Assembly: GCF_001194135.2 (NCBI RefSeq)
Contig: NC_068990.1
Location: 24,957,959-25,021,958 of the forward strand
DNA from: Octopus bimaculoides
Taxonomy: Eukaryota
Length of the DNA: 64,000 nucleotides
Direction: 5' to 3'
Part shown: positions 37,609-51,130 of the stretch, one piece after another
How the letters are laid out: every line of letters starts with the position of its first letter
How positions within the stretch are numbered: position 1 is the stretch's first letter
Made by a program: the position numbers and the translations under genes
The notes under the pieces: generated by a model
What the model saw: the letters and a program-made list of their open reading frames with translations, nothing else
The model's database searches: none
Told to the model about the DNA's origin: nothing

Positions 37609-38289
37609 CTGAAAAATGGTAAATCATAGAAGAAATAGACCTTTCACATCTGGTATAAAAATAAAAAATAAAAAAATCAAGACAAGTATAAAATGCAGTG
37701 GTATGAGAGCAAGCAGACTTCTCAAATGTAAAGAGTAATAAAAAATATGAAGAACTCAAATAATGAAACAATGGAAAGACAATGACAACAAGAACAATTT
37801 CATAAATTGCTAAAAGTAGCTTAAACTAGAAAAAGAAGCAGACAGCAGAGGAATCTCATGATTGGTATGGAATAATCCACTTCTACAAAAGAATATAAGA
37901 AATTTTGCAGCTGACTGAGTTAGATTAACCAAATAGTGAATATAAAAATTTTTTTAAATATGGTAAAGCAACTGCAATTTTTTTCTATTGGAGATGAATT
38001 TAATAAGTTAATTAAGCAAAAGTGCTCACGAGTCAGAATATGTGTCTCAGAATAATCTCAAATTAATTTCTTTGTCCTTTATTTTTAGACATGCTCTTCT
38101 TTAGCCCTTTTTTCAAGGTTTAATCACTAAATATTTCATAGAAGTTCCTAAATATATGCAATCCTTAGATCATTGTATCATAGGAAGAAATAAGACAATA
38201 ATAAACCCAGAAAGTAATTTTTGTATTAACATCATATATTAGTGATCAATAATGTTGTTGGTCATAGGTTTCCAACAAGCCAGGTTGCA

Positions 38290-38347
38290 TCTAGAGAGAG
38301 AGAGAGTGTGTGAGTGAGAAAGTGAGAGAGAGTAAGGGAGAGAGAGT

Positions 38348-38422
<75 letters not shown>
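38290..38422. repeat. (GA)n microsatellite
   Basis: Long AG run in YIPF1 intron 2. Confidence 0.97.
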
Positions 38423-38424
<2 letters not shown>

Positions 38425-38900
38425 AGTGAAGTGTGGCTGAATGGTTAACAAGTTTGTTTTGTCACCACAAGGTCCAAGGTGTGGGATGGGCTACCTGACC
38501 TGAAGAAAATTCTAACTGGGCCCCACCTGCAAGGTCATACACTGTTTATGTTGATATGAGATCACCACATTATGCACATATGATTGTGATGTATGTGCCT
38601 GGTGTACTCTTGTCCGACGGGTAGTCATGATATCATTGGGTTTCATATATTTGATGACATGCATTGCTCTCTCACTCAATAATAATAATGGTTTCAAATT
38701 TTGCCACAAGGGCAGCAATTTGGGGGGAGGGGATGAGTTGATTACATCGACCCCAGTGTTCAACTGATACGTATTTTATTGACCACAGAAGGATAAAAAG
38801 CAAAGTCGACCTCAGTGGAATTTGAACTCAGAATGTGAAGATGGATGAAATACTGCTAAGTATTTCGCCTGGTGTGCTAATGATTCTGCTAGCTTGCTGC

Positions 38901-38934
<34 letters not shown>

Positions 38935-39049
38935 TACATTATATATTTTAATTCAAATCCTGATGGGCAATTTTGCCTGTCAAACTCTCTAAGTTAGTAA
39001 AAGAAAAGTATGGGTAACATATGCATGTAACAGTCTAATCCAATGAAAC

Positions 39050-39330
39050 CAGGGTCCAGGACTGAAAACGTTATGGTCATCATCGTCCTCTTCCTCTGCC
39101 TCATTGTTTTAACATCTACTTTTAAGTACTTGCATGGGTCAGATGTATGTTGGAACAGTTTTCTACGATGAGATCTCTTTCCTGTAACCACATCATTTCC
39201 AAATGGGGTAATAAACTTCCAGTCTGTTGAACAACAAACAACCTGGACATGCAGAGAATGGAATCAAATGACATCATATGAATGAGCCTTTTGTTTACAA
39301 AGACCATGCAACATGTCAAGAAGTTCGGAC
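39050..39330 (-). mobile_element. Decayed RTE-like RT C-terminal fragment
   Basis: KRLIHMMSFDSILCMS.. resembles RRL.W.GHILRM; heavily mutated. Confidence 0.45.
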
Positions 39331-39539
39331 ATATTTTCATGGTGGACTGCAAACAAATGGTACCATCAGGAAGCCATTGATTACAATCCAGTAGACACAA
39401 GGGAAATAGGAACTCTCTCAACCAAACACACACACAAGTATATATAACAGGCTCTTTTTAGTTTCTGTCAACCAAATTCACTCATTTGGCCCAATGCTAT
39501 AGTCAACGACACTTTCTTAAGATGATATACAGTCATAAA

Positions 39540-39579
<40 letters not shown>

Positions 39580-40355
39580 CATACACATATATTGATAGGA
39601 AGAGCATCCAGCCACGGAAATTATATTAAGAAATGGAATGTATAATAAACTCATTAAACATTGCAGTTTCCTGACAGTTAACAAGGGACATGGGTAGTTT
39701 ATTCCATGCTTTGACAATTCTGAGCATGGGTTTGGAATTTATTTCAAAATCCATATAAAACAGAACAATCAACATCATTGATTATTATTAGATTATTATT
39801 AGACAGAAGCAGTATTAATACCAAAGGGTCGTCTTTATATCTGACTTAACATTGATACCTTGTTAGAACACTGAAAACTGCATTATTAACCTTGGGAGAT
39901 CCTCTCATTTAGGCACTTGAGACATAAAAACACACACATAGAAGATCGTAGCAAATGAAATTCATCTGTGATGGGCACTGGAATTCTCATATCACATGAT
40001 TTCTCTCTACTGGACCTACTCAGTTGTCACTTTATGCCAGTCAGATCTCACTGCTATGCTGTATAGAGTTTCAGCATCTTTCCAGATGCTGATGTTGCAG
40101 CACCAAGCACTTAAATGAGAGGGTCTCTCACATCTAATTATGCAGTATTTGATGTTCTAGCAAGGCATCCGTGTTAAGTTGGATATAAAGATTATCATTG
40201 GTTATATTTAGAAGTTAATAAGACATCATTTTTATAAAGTGTGAAGTATCAAAACAGACATGAAGCAATGAAGTGAAAATGTAAATATATGAGAATTGTA
40301 GCAGGAATAATTCAGAAAACATAATATTGTTGCATAAATGAAAATATTAGTTTAC

Positions 40356-40392
40356 CATGGAATTGCAGTTCATCTTCAGCAGTTTTCTTTCT
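40356..40392 (-). CDS. YIPF1: YIPF1 exon 2 (RKKTAEDELQFH+G)
   Basis: ttttaatttctag acceptor and gtaaac donor; DELQF resembles the N-terminal DDLQF motif of vertebrate YIPF1; ends phase 1, matching exon 3. Confidence 0.8.
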
Positions 40393-40611
40393 CTAGAAAT
40401 TAAAAGAAAATTACAAGTTATTATCAACAATTAGAATTTTTAATTTCATTCAAGAACTGTTTTTATGGAGGAAAAGGTTTAGAATCCATATAACTATCAC
40501 TGACTCTGCAAAACTATTGACATCAATGTGGTTTATGTTCAGCTTAAACATTGGTAAGTTTATGACTGCAAAGAAAATGTGGATGAGCAGGGAGGTGGTT
40601 ATATTCTAAGG

Positions 40612-40845
40612 CAGTGGTTCTCAACCATTTTTTTTTTACCTGTAGACCCTATTTATTCCCATTTTACTCTACAGGACTTCCATGTTTTAAAAAATCTGAT
40701 CATATTTTTATTATTAAATATTATTAGGAATTGTATATAAAAAATTGTTAAAATTGTTTGTCTTGAAGCATAACCCATTTTACTCATAACAAAATCTTAT
40801 ATGGACCCCCACAAGGGTCATATGGACCACAGATGAGAACCACTG
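40612..40845. mobile_element. hAT (Charlie-like) MITE
   Basis: TIRs CAGTGGTTCTCAACC / GATGAGAACCACTG; 8-bp TSD TTCTAAGG / TTCTGAGG. Confidence 0.85.
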
Positions 40846-41049
40846 TTCTGAGGAGTAAGGATTGAGTATTGTAACTAGTGTAGAGTTTGAGGGGAGGGGA
40901 GACACAGAGGTAATGAAAGGAAGATGTGTCCAGCTAACTAAATGGGGAAAAGTAGAGCTACTGTACTAGTACTGGAAGCAGTAGAGAGAGGAGACAGCAA
41001 GTCTGTGGACAAGAGGTTATAGTGTATTAGCAACTCTTTGTCAATCAAT

Positions 41050-41240
41050 GAAATGGCCTTCTTTTGAAGACAATCTAGGACGTTTGTGTATCAACAGCAC
41101 TGTCCCAAATAAAGGGTAGTTTTGCATTGTGAGTCTCACTTGAGCATTGTAGAGAGTCAGCAAATTGATCAGGACTCTGGTCCTGGCAAAAAAAAAAAAA
41201 ATGGGATAGTCTTTGGGGTTGCTAACAAAGACAGTCACTA
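41050..41240 (-). mobile_element. CR1/L2-group LINE RT fragment
   Basis: NLLTLYNAQVRLTM resembles LLTLYKAQVRPxMEY. Confidence 0.55.
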
Positions 41241-44200
41241 ACTATCTGACTTTTGTGATTTTGACTCTATATTCAACTGACTTAGTAATCTCTCTCTCTC
41301 TTTTCAACAACTCATTTTTATTGTTCTAAAAAGGCAGCAACAGATTAGTAGATTACACCTTGAACTTATCAGTTAATCAGTAGGTATAGATGTTTGAATC
41401 AACTTGTTCTCACTAATTGTCACATTAGTTTGCAAGCAAATAGACAAATCAATAGAGACAACTTTCAATTACTCTCTCCCGCCTCTCTCTCACTTATCAA
41501 AATCTATTTGGAACTCTTTGAGAACAAATGGTAGGTTTGAATTCTCAGCTGATTTATTGGAAATTTTATTGATTTTTATCAAGAATAAGCTTTGATGCTT
41601 GCACTTATATATTAGGTTTGTACTTCAAGAATTACTTTCATGGTTGGTGCACACTATATCAAACATAATTATTAAATATTGATTAATGATTATTAAGAAC
41701 AAAAACAAAATTCACCCATAACAAAACAATAATTTGCCAAAAAGGAGTACAATTACTGAGGTATTTTCATTAAGAAAAAACAAAACAATAACTTGTCAAT
41801 GAAAATAAAATTAGTGTAGATTAATTTACAAAATACCATGTTGAGGTTCAAATAGCAGATTCCTTATGTCTAACAAACAGGTGGCCTACTTATTTAGTTC
41901 CTGTCAGTTGCTCTATCAATGGAAACAATTAAGCAAAACATTCTATGCAACCTTGTCAATTAGTATCTTCCTTAACTATTGATTATTTGAGAACTGACAG
42001 GATCTTGTATGGTTACTTTTTCTAATTTTCTTTTCTTCTTTTTTTTTTCCTACAGGTTTTATAGCAATCTGCTCCATGCTAATGGGATGTTGCTGCAAAT
42101 TTGAACATCTTTATGTGAATTTTAAATGCATCTTTTGACAGCTGAATAAATGCTAACAACTGTAAAATGAGAACAGTGTCTTATTTTCTGCTTGAATGAA
42201 TGAAGTAAGAAAAATATTGTGGTTGTCTGTCTTACTTAAAACCATTACTCAGTGCTTAGTTAGTGCAAGTTCATTAGGTTAATCAGCATCCCATCATCTT
42301 AATCATATAGTCTGGTATTTTAAACACAACAGAGAATTGTTTTTATTTATATTAACGACATAAAAAAACTTTTACCGATTAACTATATGTCTATTTCAAC
42401 TTCAAAGAAGTTATAGTATAGTAAAAGCATCCAGTACACACTGTAAAGTGGTTGGCATTAGGGAGGGCATCCAGCCATAGAAACCATGCCAAAGCAGACA
42501 TTGGAGCTTGGTGCAGTCCTCTGCTTTACAGCTCCCGTCAAACTGTCCAACTCATACAAGTGTCAAAAATTTAGCGCCTTTGGTACCAACCAACCAACCA
42601 ACCCAAAACTGCCCTTGGTTCTCTGATATAAAACATTTATCTTGAAGTGATATAATAAAGTTTCATGTTAAATTAGGTTCCAGAAACCAGATTAATAATT
42701 CTTTCTAACTTTGAGCTAGGCTAGTCGATTACATCAACCCCAGTGCTTAACTGGTACCTATTTTATTGATCCTGAAAGGACGAAAGACAAAGTCAACCAC
42801 AATGGAATTTGAACTCAGAATGTTAAAGAGCCAGAAGAAATGCCACTAAGCATTTCATCCAGCTCAGTAACAATTCTGCCAGCTTGTTGCCTTAGAAACC
42901 AGATTAGCAATGACAAACTTGTTTTATTAAATTTTTCATTATTTTCAAAATTAATTGAAACAAACATTGTGTACATCACTAGAAATATGTATAATGTAAG
43001 GGTTAAATGAAAATATGAAAATCAAAGTAGAAAATTACTCAAAAATATGAAATTACAATTCTTTTTTTTTTTTTTACTTGCTTTTTAATACTCTTTTATC
43101 TAGATTTATAGCAGAGTTTTGTTTAATTTAAAGGAGATGTATGATTAAGTTTCAAGCCACTAAACATCTGCTCTCCTCCTGGGTTGATATTTTTCATTCT
43201 TGGTGATTCTGACAATAGTCTTTTGGTTTGGTAGAGTATTAAAAAAATAATGTCAACTTAAAATGAGATCTGAATCATGGAAATCTCAGGTGTTTGAGAG
43301 TTAATTCTGCAGCAGCAGCTTGAATGCTCAACCAGTATTATCAATATTAATGAACCTGAAATATTACTTTGTTGTGAAAGACTTGCAGTTATATGAGCAC
43401 AGAAAGAAGGCAGTCATTCAACAAGATAATAATAATGGCAATTATCACCTCCATTTAATGATAATAAAAGATCAAACTTGACAATTCTTTGTTACATCAA
43501 TGAAAGTAATGTGAAGTTATAAACTGTTATCATCATCTAAGACTCTAACAATTCAGAATTGTGGCTAGTCAAGTTGACAGTTTATTAGGTTACTGAATTA
43601 AGAATTAACTGTATATATCTTGTCCTTAGCATTGTATTCTATTCATAATCTAGATTCTTAAAACTCTTTCAAGCCCACTGTAAATAACTAATAGATATTA
43701 TGAGTTGGGAAAGCTTTCCAGAGTAAACAGCTGAGCATTGAATAATTGTTGAGTGATTCAAATCCTACTGTTAAAACAGTAAAACAGTAGAATCCAAGGA
43801 AACTAGTGATGTTCAATATTTTCCAGTATTTAAACGAAGTGAGCTACTATTAATATACTTTAGTAAAGGACGGTAGCCATCAGGCTGATACACCCTAAAT
43901 ACACTATACAAAATCTTTATGGATGCATCAATGACCTAATGCTGTTCAATATATAGCCAGAATAGAAAGTTTTGTATGGCCATTCTCCTATTTCCAAACA
44001 ATATTAAGAAAGAAGAAACCAATGGTCTTTCAAAATGCTTTCTACATACACTAAGATCTGTATTTCAGAAGATGATTGTCCAATTAGGGAAATATAATGA
44101 AACATAACAGGCAAATAAATACCAACAAAGAGATAGTAATAGTATGAGGGGGTACCCAAAAGTAACCAGAAACATTCTCTGTGGGACAAACCCATTGTTG

Positions 44201-44249
44201 TTCAGGTTTCCGCCACTAGAAGCCACTTGATGCAACCCTCAGGCATCAG

Positions 44250-44490
44250 TCTGCTGACTGGCATCGTCAAGTGAGGTCGTAGTGTCATGTGGTGCATCTT
44301 TGTTTTGCAGTGCTTCTCCCCAGTTCGTCAATTTTTGTGATGACTGAAATGAAGGAACAGCATGCTTCCATGAAATTCTGTTTTCTGCTGGGGAAAACAG
44401 TGGCTGAAACAGTTGTTATGCTTCAAACAGCTTACAAGGACACTGCCATTAGCAAAACACAAGTTTATGAGTGGTTTTCACACTTTAGGA
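44250..44490 (+). mobile_element. mariner transposase N-terminal (HTH) fragment
   Basis: MKEQHASMKFCFLLGKTVAETVVMLQTAYKDTAISKTQVYEWFSHFRNG. Confidence 0.85.
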
Positions 44491-47400
44491 ATGGTCAGAA
44501 AAGAAAAATGTCACAAAACACAGAGAACTGAATGAGAATAGTGTACCCTCATCGATTAAATAAAGGATTAGGTTCAAAATTCTGATACAACAACCCAAAG
44601 AAGGCTGGAGCATACACAGCCAAAATGTAGTGAAAGCAACAATCACACCCATCAGACTAACATAAACAGTATACATAATATAATTCATCTCAGAAATAGA
44701 GAATTGAATTATAAAATAATCCATATAAAAATATATCTGTATGTCCAAAAATGCTTATTAATTATATACATCTTAAGTATTTAAAGGTAAAGGAAGAGAT
44801 CCAAGGTGATATATCAATATTTAAAATAAGTAAGCAAAACCTAAGACTAACACATCTAAATATTGATCACCCTCCTTCATAGGATAAAGTATCTGCACAT
44901 AAATGAACAACAGTTAAAAAGACAAAAGCATTCAGATATAATCAGATGATGTAACCAAAACAATAGAATTTATTTTAAAAACAAGGATTTGTTTGAAATT
45001 ACAATAATCAAAGTACATAATCAACATAGATTTTATATTTGCTTTTCAACAGTTGGATTCACTAAAATGTACTTTGAATTTTAATATCAATATGATCCTA
45101 ACAACTACACAGCAAATACCAACTTCAAACAACAGCTATTGATCAAATAGGTCTTCGAAATCCAGCTGGTGTATGTTGTTAATTCCCATTGAAGAAGAGT
45201 AAAGCATATTCTTATTTTGCGGTGAAATTCAATAAACTAATGAAATGTTATTGGCTAAAATGCTACCTATTACGATACTAATATATTCAACATTATCATG
45301 TTAACTAACTACCATCTACATTATAGAGTTTATAGAGCATTTGTTAACCAAAGCTTATGAATTTATGAATCTTCCATGTACTAGTTTCTGTTTTGGATGT
45401 TCTGATAGGTGTATTTCTATTATAAGGGGAATAGCTGAGGGAGCAACAAGAATGATTGTAGATAAAAACGAATGAAACTGATTTTTAATGAAAAAGTCTG
45501 ATTGAATAAATAAAATTGTAGACATTGATTTTATGTAACTTCTGAAGATTATCCTCAGAAATATAATGTTTTCTAATTATATTTTATTTTAATTATCTGA
45601 TAAATAAGTTTGTAGACGTTCATTTTACATAACTTCTTTTACTTGTTTCAGCCATTAGATGCAGCCATGCTGGGGCATTGTCTTGAAAAATTTTAGTCAA
45701 ATGAATCGACACCAGTATTTACTCTTTTTAAGCCTGGTACTTATTTTATCATTCTCTTATGCCAGACTGCTAAGTTATGGGCATGTAAATACACCAAAAC
45801 CGGTTAAGCAGTGGTGAAGAATCAACACACACACACACACACATATATACACACAACAGATCTCTTTTAGTTTCTGCCTATCAAATCCACTCACAAGGCT
45901 TTGGTTAGTCCAAGGCTATAGCAGAACTTGCCCAAGGGGACTGAAACTGGAACCATATGGTTGGGAAACAAACTTCTTACCACACAACCACATCTCTACC
46001 TTTTGAGGATTATTCTCTGATTGATTGATTGATTGATCGACAGACAGACAGACACACACACACATACATACTCACTTTAAATTAATTATTAATTATCTAA
46101 ATCTTTTGTTTTTTCTTGTCGATCTATCTAAATAGAGTTATATTCCAGTCCCACTAATATTCACCAAACTTTTGCTGATGTTAGTAATATTAATAGTTAT
46201 ATCACATTATGAAGACTGAGCGTTTCAATTCAATGTGCAAAATCCTGTCACCTGGCATGGAAATGTTTACACTGGAAGTTTCTGGGTAATATAATACCAG
46301 AAGGATCAGAAGATGGTAAATATATGCATTACACTAGAGTCTTTGGCATTTGAAAAGTTTAAAAATACTACCTGGAAGAGTCAGGTATCAATCAATGGCT
46401 CAAAATAGACAATTGGCGCCTGGTGTGGTTCTCCAGCTGGCCAGCCCCTGTCAAACCATCCAACCTATGCTAGTATGGAAAACAGATGTTAAATGATGAT
46501 GATAATGACAAGGAGCTGCCAGATCTTGAACTGCAGATGCAATAAAAAAAAATCAGTGCCTGATGTTAACAGATATTCCTAAATCTCAGGTATCTAGTCT
46601 AAAATCAATGGTTGTTAAGGCAATATTGAAATGAATCTCAAATTTCTCTGATTGCAGTGTTTATCAATCAGTATAGGTAAATATTTTGTCCACCAAGCAA
46701 GAAAAAGGTATCCCAAAAAGATACATTTCCCTACCAGAACCAGTGGGAGCACTGTGATGAGTGTTTCATTTTCTCATGATGCCAAGTTGAAGTCTTTTTC
46801 ATGAGAACAAGGAAACTGACATAGAACAGCTTTTTATGCAGAGAGGGAAACAATGTTTCCATTACTAGCTGGACCCAAGAAAATCCCATGCTATGTTTCT
46901 GTAGTTCACTTTGTAAAGTGATTGGATGTTAGGAAGGGCACCCAACTGTAAAATATATGCCAAACAGACCTCACCAGGGGTGGTGCTGCATAAAAAGCAT
47001 CCAGTCTACTCAGTAAAGTGGTTGACATTAGGAAGGTCATCTAGTCATAACAACCATGTCAAAACACACAGCTTGCAAGCTCCTGTTGAACCATCCAATC
47101 CATGCCAGCATGGAAGATGGATGTTAATTGATGATGATGATGATGATGATTTTGATGCATAAATTAGATCTTTATAACATTGCTTTATAATGTTAAACAT
47201 TTCAGTTATGTTTTCGATTTCAATCCATAGTTAGGGATGTTTAAAGCGCAACATTCAAACTAGTTTTATGTTAAAGATTTTGATTATGTTCTCAATTTCT
47301 TCTATAGTTAAGGATCGAAAAGCATAACAAGTATCCCGACAATCAGAATAATATTACAGATTTTGTAATATTGTATTAATTTAATTATAGTAATTCTGAG

Positions 47401-47633
47401 TAGCCCACCTTAGAATGGAGTGCAGGACATAGATATAAATGATACGAAACTAGAGAGAGTCATAAATACATTTTAATTTAATTTAAGTGCAGGCATGTGT
47501 GGCTGGCCGTGTGGTTAAGGAGTTTGCTTTGGGGTTAGTCCCACTGTATGAGCCCTGGGTCAATCAATGCCTTGTGAGTGAATTTGGTACATGGGAATTG
47601 TGTGGAAGCCTGCCATATATATAGATCTCTATA

Positions 47634-47674
<41 letters not shown>

Positions 47675-47843
47675 TTGAAAGTCTATGAGGATTACTTAAT
47701 ACACTTTTTGAAGTGTAAAGGTGATTTTAAAAAAATATTTTTAAAAAATGTTTGAGATCTTTTATGAGGATGTTACTAACCTTTTTTTGGGAAGAAGATT
47801 TTTTTCTAGTGTGTGAGCGCTTTTGTTAAACCACACACACATC

Positions 47844-47880
<37 letters not shown>

Positions 47881-48151
47881 TACATACATGCATATACATG
47901 TTTTAAACCCCAGTATNNNNNNNNNNNNNNNNNNNNNNNNNNNNNNNNNNNNNNNNNNNNNNNNNNNNNNNNNNNNNNNNNNNNNNNNNNNNNNNNNNNN
48001 NNNNNNNNNNNNNNNNNNNNNNNNNNNNNNNNNNNNNNNNNNNNNNNNNNNNNNNNNNNNNNNNNNNNNNNNNNNNNNNNNNNNNNNNNNNNNNNNNNNN
48101 NNNNNNNNNNNNNNNNNNNNNNNNNNNNNNNNNNNNNNNNNNNNNNNNNNN

Positions 48152-48437
48152 NGTCTTTTATGTGCCACCCGCACAAGCCAGTCCAGGGGCACTGGCAACG
48201 ATCTCACTCGAAAATCCTACGGGAGCCAGTCAGGCAGTACTGGCAACAGCCACGCTCAAAATGGTGCATCTCATGTGCCACCCGCACAAGAGCCAGTCCA
48301 GGGGCACTGGCAACGATCTTACTTGGCTTGCCGGGTCTTCTCACGCACAGCACATTTCCAAAGGTCTCGGTCAGTAGTCAACACATTTCCAAAGGTCTCG
48401 GTCAGTAGTCAGCACATTTCCAAAGGTCTCGGTCATA
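48152..48437 (-). mobile_element. 5'-truncated RTE LINE end
   Basis: DRDLWKCAVREKTRQAK* followed by the same 3' UTR as 55680-56225; 31-bp triplication at its 5' junction. Confidence 0.85.
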
Positions 48438-48460
48438 CATATAATGTATGTATTGGGTCA

Positions 48461-49240
48461 TCCCATAAATAATGCAGTTTTTTCAATTGCATGAACTAAA
48501 AGTTGGAAGGGAACAGGATAAACTACCTGCATCAACTTGCTATAAAAGCAGGTAGTAAATGTTACTTTGTACTTATTCTTAGTGCAAGTTTTGAAGAGTG
48601 CTGTTCAATTTTAACAGCTATTTTTTCAAAGTTATAATGGAAGTGACAAAGATGGACATTCAGCATATTTTGCTTTATGAAGTCAATAAAGGCAACAATG
48701 CAATGGAAAGTGCGAGGAATATATGGGGATTGGACAAGAAGCTTAAGCCAGTATTAACGGTGGTTCCAGAAATTCTGAGCTGGAAACTACAGCCTAGAAA
48801 ACGAGCCTCATCCTGGGAAATCTGTAGAGCCCGACAAGAATATCTTGCAAACCCTGGTGGAACAAAATCCCATCATAACACCTTCACTAGAAGAAAAATG
48901 ACCATCTTTGGTTTCAAGACAAAAAGTGCTTTTCCCTCAGGATAACGCTCACCTACATACAGTAAGGATAACATTCCAAAAGGTGGAGCAGTTTGAATGG
49001 GAAACGATGCCCCACCCACCATATGTGCCGGACATTGCTCCATCTGATCATCATTTATTCTGCAGTCTTCAAAGGCATTTGGACAGCAAAAATATGAATT
49101 CTGCAGACAAGGTCAGAATAGTACTGGAAGAGTATTTTTCATCACAGACAAGTGAATTTTGGAAGAGAGGCCTTGCAAGTCTACCAGATAGATGGAAGAG
49201 CATTGTAGAAAATGTAGGAGAGTATATTTTGGTGATATGA
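48461..49240 (+). mobile_element. Internally deleted mariner (DD34D)
   Basis: TA|TTGGGTCATCCCATAAATAATGC left end, MEVTKMDIQHILLYE HTH, QDNA-(34 aa)-PSD spacing counted by hand, ends ..VENVGEYI. Confidence 0.9.
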
Positions 49241-50520
49241 AATTCTCCTAAAGACCTACCTCCTTGGCACCACTGAGTCCTGGAAGTGCCTTGTGTCATA
49301 CTCTCCACACATATTACAGTGATGCATCCTCTCCTCTCATGCACTATGCCTGACTCTCCCACCACCAGCTCCTACAGACTACCCAACTGTGTGATCTCCA
49401 TTGTTCCCCTGCCCCAGTCAACTGTATCAGCATTACTATTCCTGCTGCTCACACCCTCAATCTACCCCACTCTCTTCCGCATCCTTCTATCTTCTCCAAC
49501 CTGCAGCTCGTTCATCCACCCTTCAACCCTACTCATTTTTGCAGTCTGTCTCTCCATTTTCACATCTCCTTCCCATACAATCTTACAAACCACCCACTTC
49601 TATTCACCTTGTACCTTGTAGGGCCACTTGGGCACCCCATGGCCATTATCTATCCCTATGCAGCTCTTACTGATCATTTTCTCTTTCTCTCTTCTACTAA
49701 ATGTGAATAGCCATGCAGACCCTCTACAAGAACCTGCTTGGACCCCAACTCCATCTCATAGTTTAAATCCCTTCCCTGTCCTCTAGCTTAAAGCTGACCC
49801 CACCATCTCCCAATGGTTTGTAGTCTTTAAAGTTGCACAGTGATTTCAATAGGTATGAAAAAAGCACCCAGTACCTGTTGTAAAGTGGAAGGGCATCAGG
49901 CTGTAGAAACCATGCCAAAGCTGACATTGGAACACAATGGTGTCCTTGGACTCATCAGTTCCTGTCAAACAATCCAAAACATGCCAGCATAGAACATAGA
50001 TGTCAAACAATGATATGTAATTAGGGTTTTATTGAAGCTGAAAAAACTTCACAAACTGTTATTCAGCTTCACATAATTAATCATCAGACAGTTGTGAGTA
50101 TTACTCTCTGATAATTGGTTAAATGAATCTCTGAGTAATAGTTTGCAAATTCTTCACAGTTTCAATAAAATACTATTTTATTGCGTGCACACGCATATAT
50201 TTGTTTGTCCTTCTACTGCCTGACAACCAGTGCTGGCTTCTTTATGCCCATAACTTAGCAGTTCAGCAAAAGAGACTGAAAGAATAAGTACCATACTTAA
50301 AAATATAAGTATTGGGTTTGAATTGATCAAGTAAACCCTTCAGGGTGGCGTCTGAACGCTGCAGTCAAATGACTGAAACAAGTAGAAGATAGGTGACTTA
50401 ACAAGAGTCACTTCCAAAATAAATTTACTCTGTGAGGAAAATATTTTATCTCTATCTTGAGTAATGTATTAACTAGAGAAGTTAATTTGTAGAACAACAT
50501 GATAAATACAAGTAAATATA

Positions 50521-50734
50521 TGGGGTACTGAAAAGTTCCTGGCTTTTGGTAAAAGAAAATACAAGAGGATCAATGAATTATGATTTTATTCAACATATTT
50601 CTTGCTCAGATTCACACACTTATTGCAGCAGTCCTTCAGTTTTTCTAAGCCCTGTAAAAGATCTCAGAAGGTCGAGCCTCCAGCCAGACCTTTCCCGATA
50701 CCCTTAAAGCCAGGAACCTTTCTGTACCTCCTCA
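50521..50734. mobile_element. mariner-derived MITE
   Basis: TA|TGGGGTACTGAAAAGTTCCTGGCTTT ... AAAGCCAGGAACCTTTCTGTACCTCCTCA|TA. Confidence 0.8.
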
Positions 50735-50869
50735 TATACAATTATATAATGAACTTATTGTATACAGTGCTCAACTGCACCACTACTCATCAGAAAAAAT
50801 AACCAAAAATGCATGGACAGTATACAGAATGATGAAGAGGAAGTGAACAGTGGATGTGTCATTTAAAAG

Positions 50870-51130
50870 GATGGAGGGACCTCTTGGCGATTTTCAGGAA
50901 GCATGGAAGTTTGAAGGATGCAGTGTCCAACAGGTAGATTATTCCATGCTTCAGCAATTCTGAGTGAGAAAACATGTTCCTGAAAGTCATGGGTGTTGTG
51001 TTGTTTTTTTTTTTTAATTTTGTAAGCATGTCCATGATTGTTAGACATATAGAATTCAAAAAGGGGCCCAAAGTTGTTGTTGGAAAGATGGTGAATAAGC
51101 AATGGGATAATCAAGATCTGCATAAAAATA
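50870..51130 (-). mobile_element. CR1/L2-group LINE 3' end
   Basis: GHAYKIKKK..HDFQEHVFSLRIAEAWNNLP, the typical CR1-group C-terminus. Confidence 0.75.
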
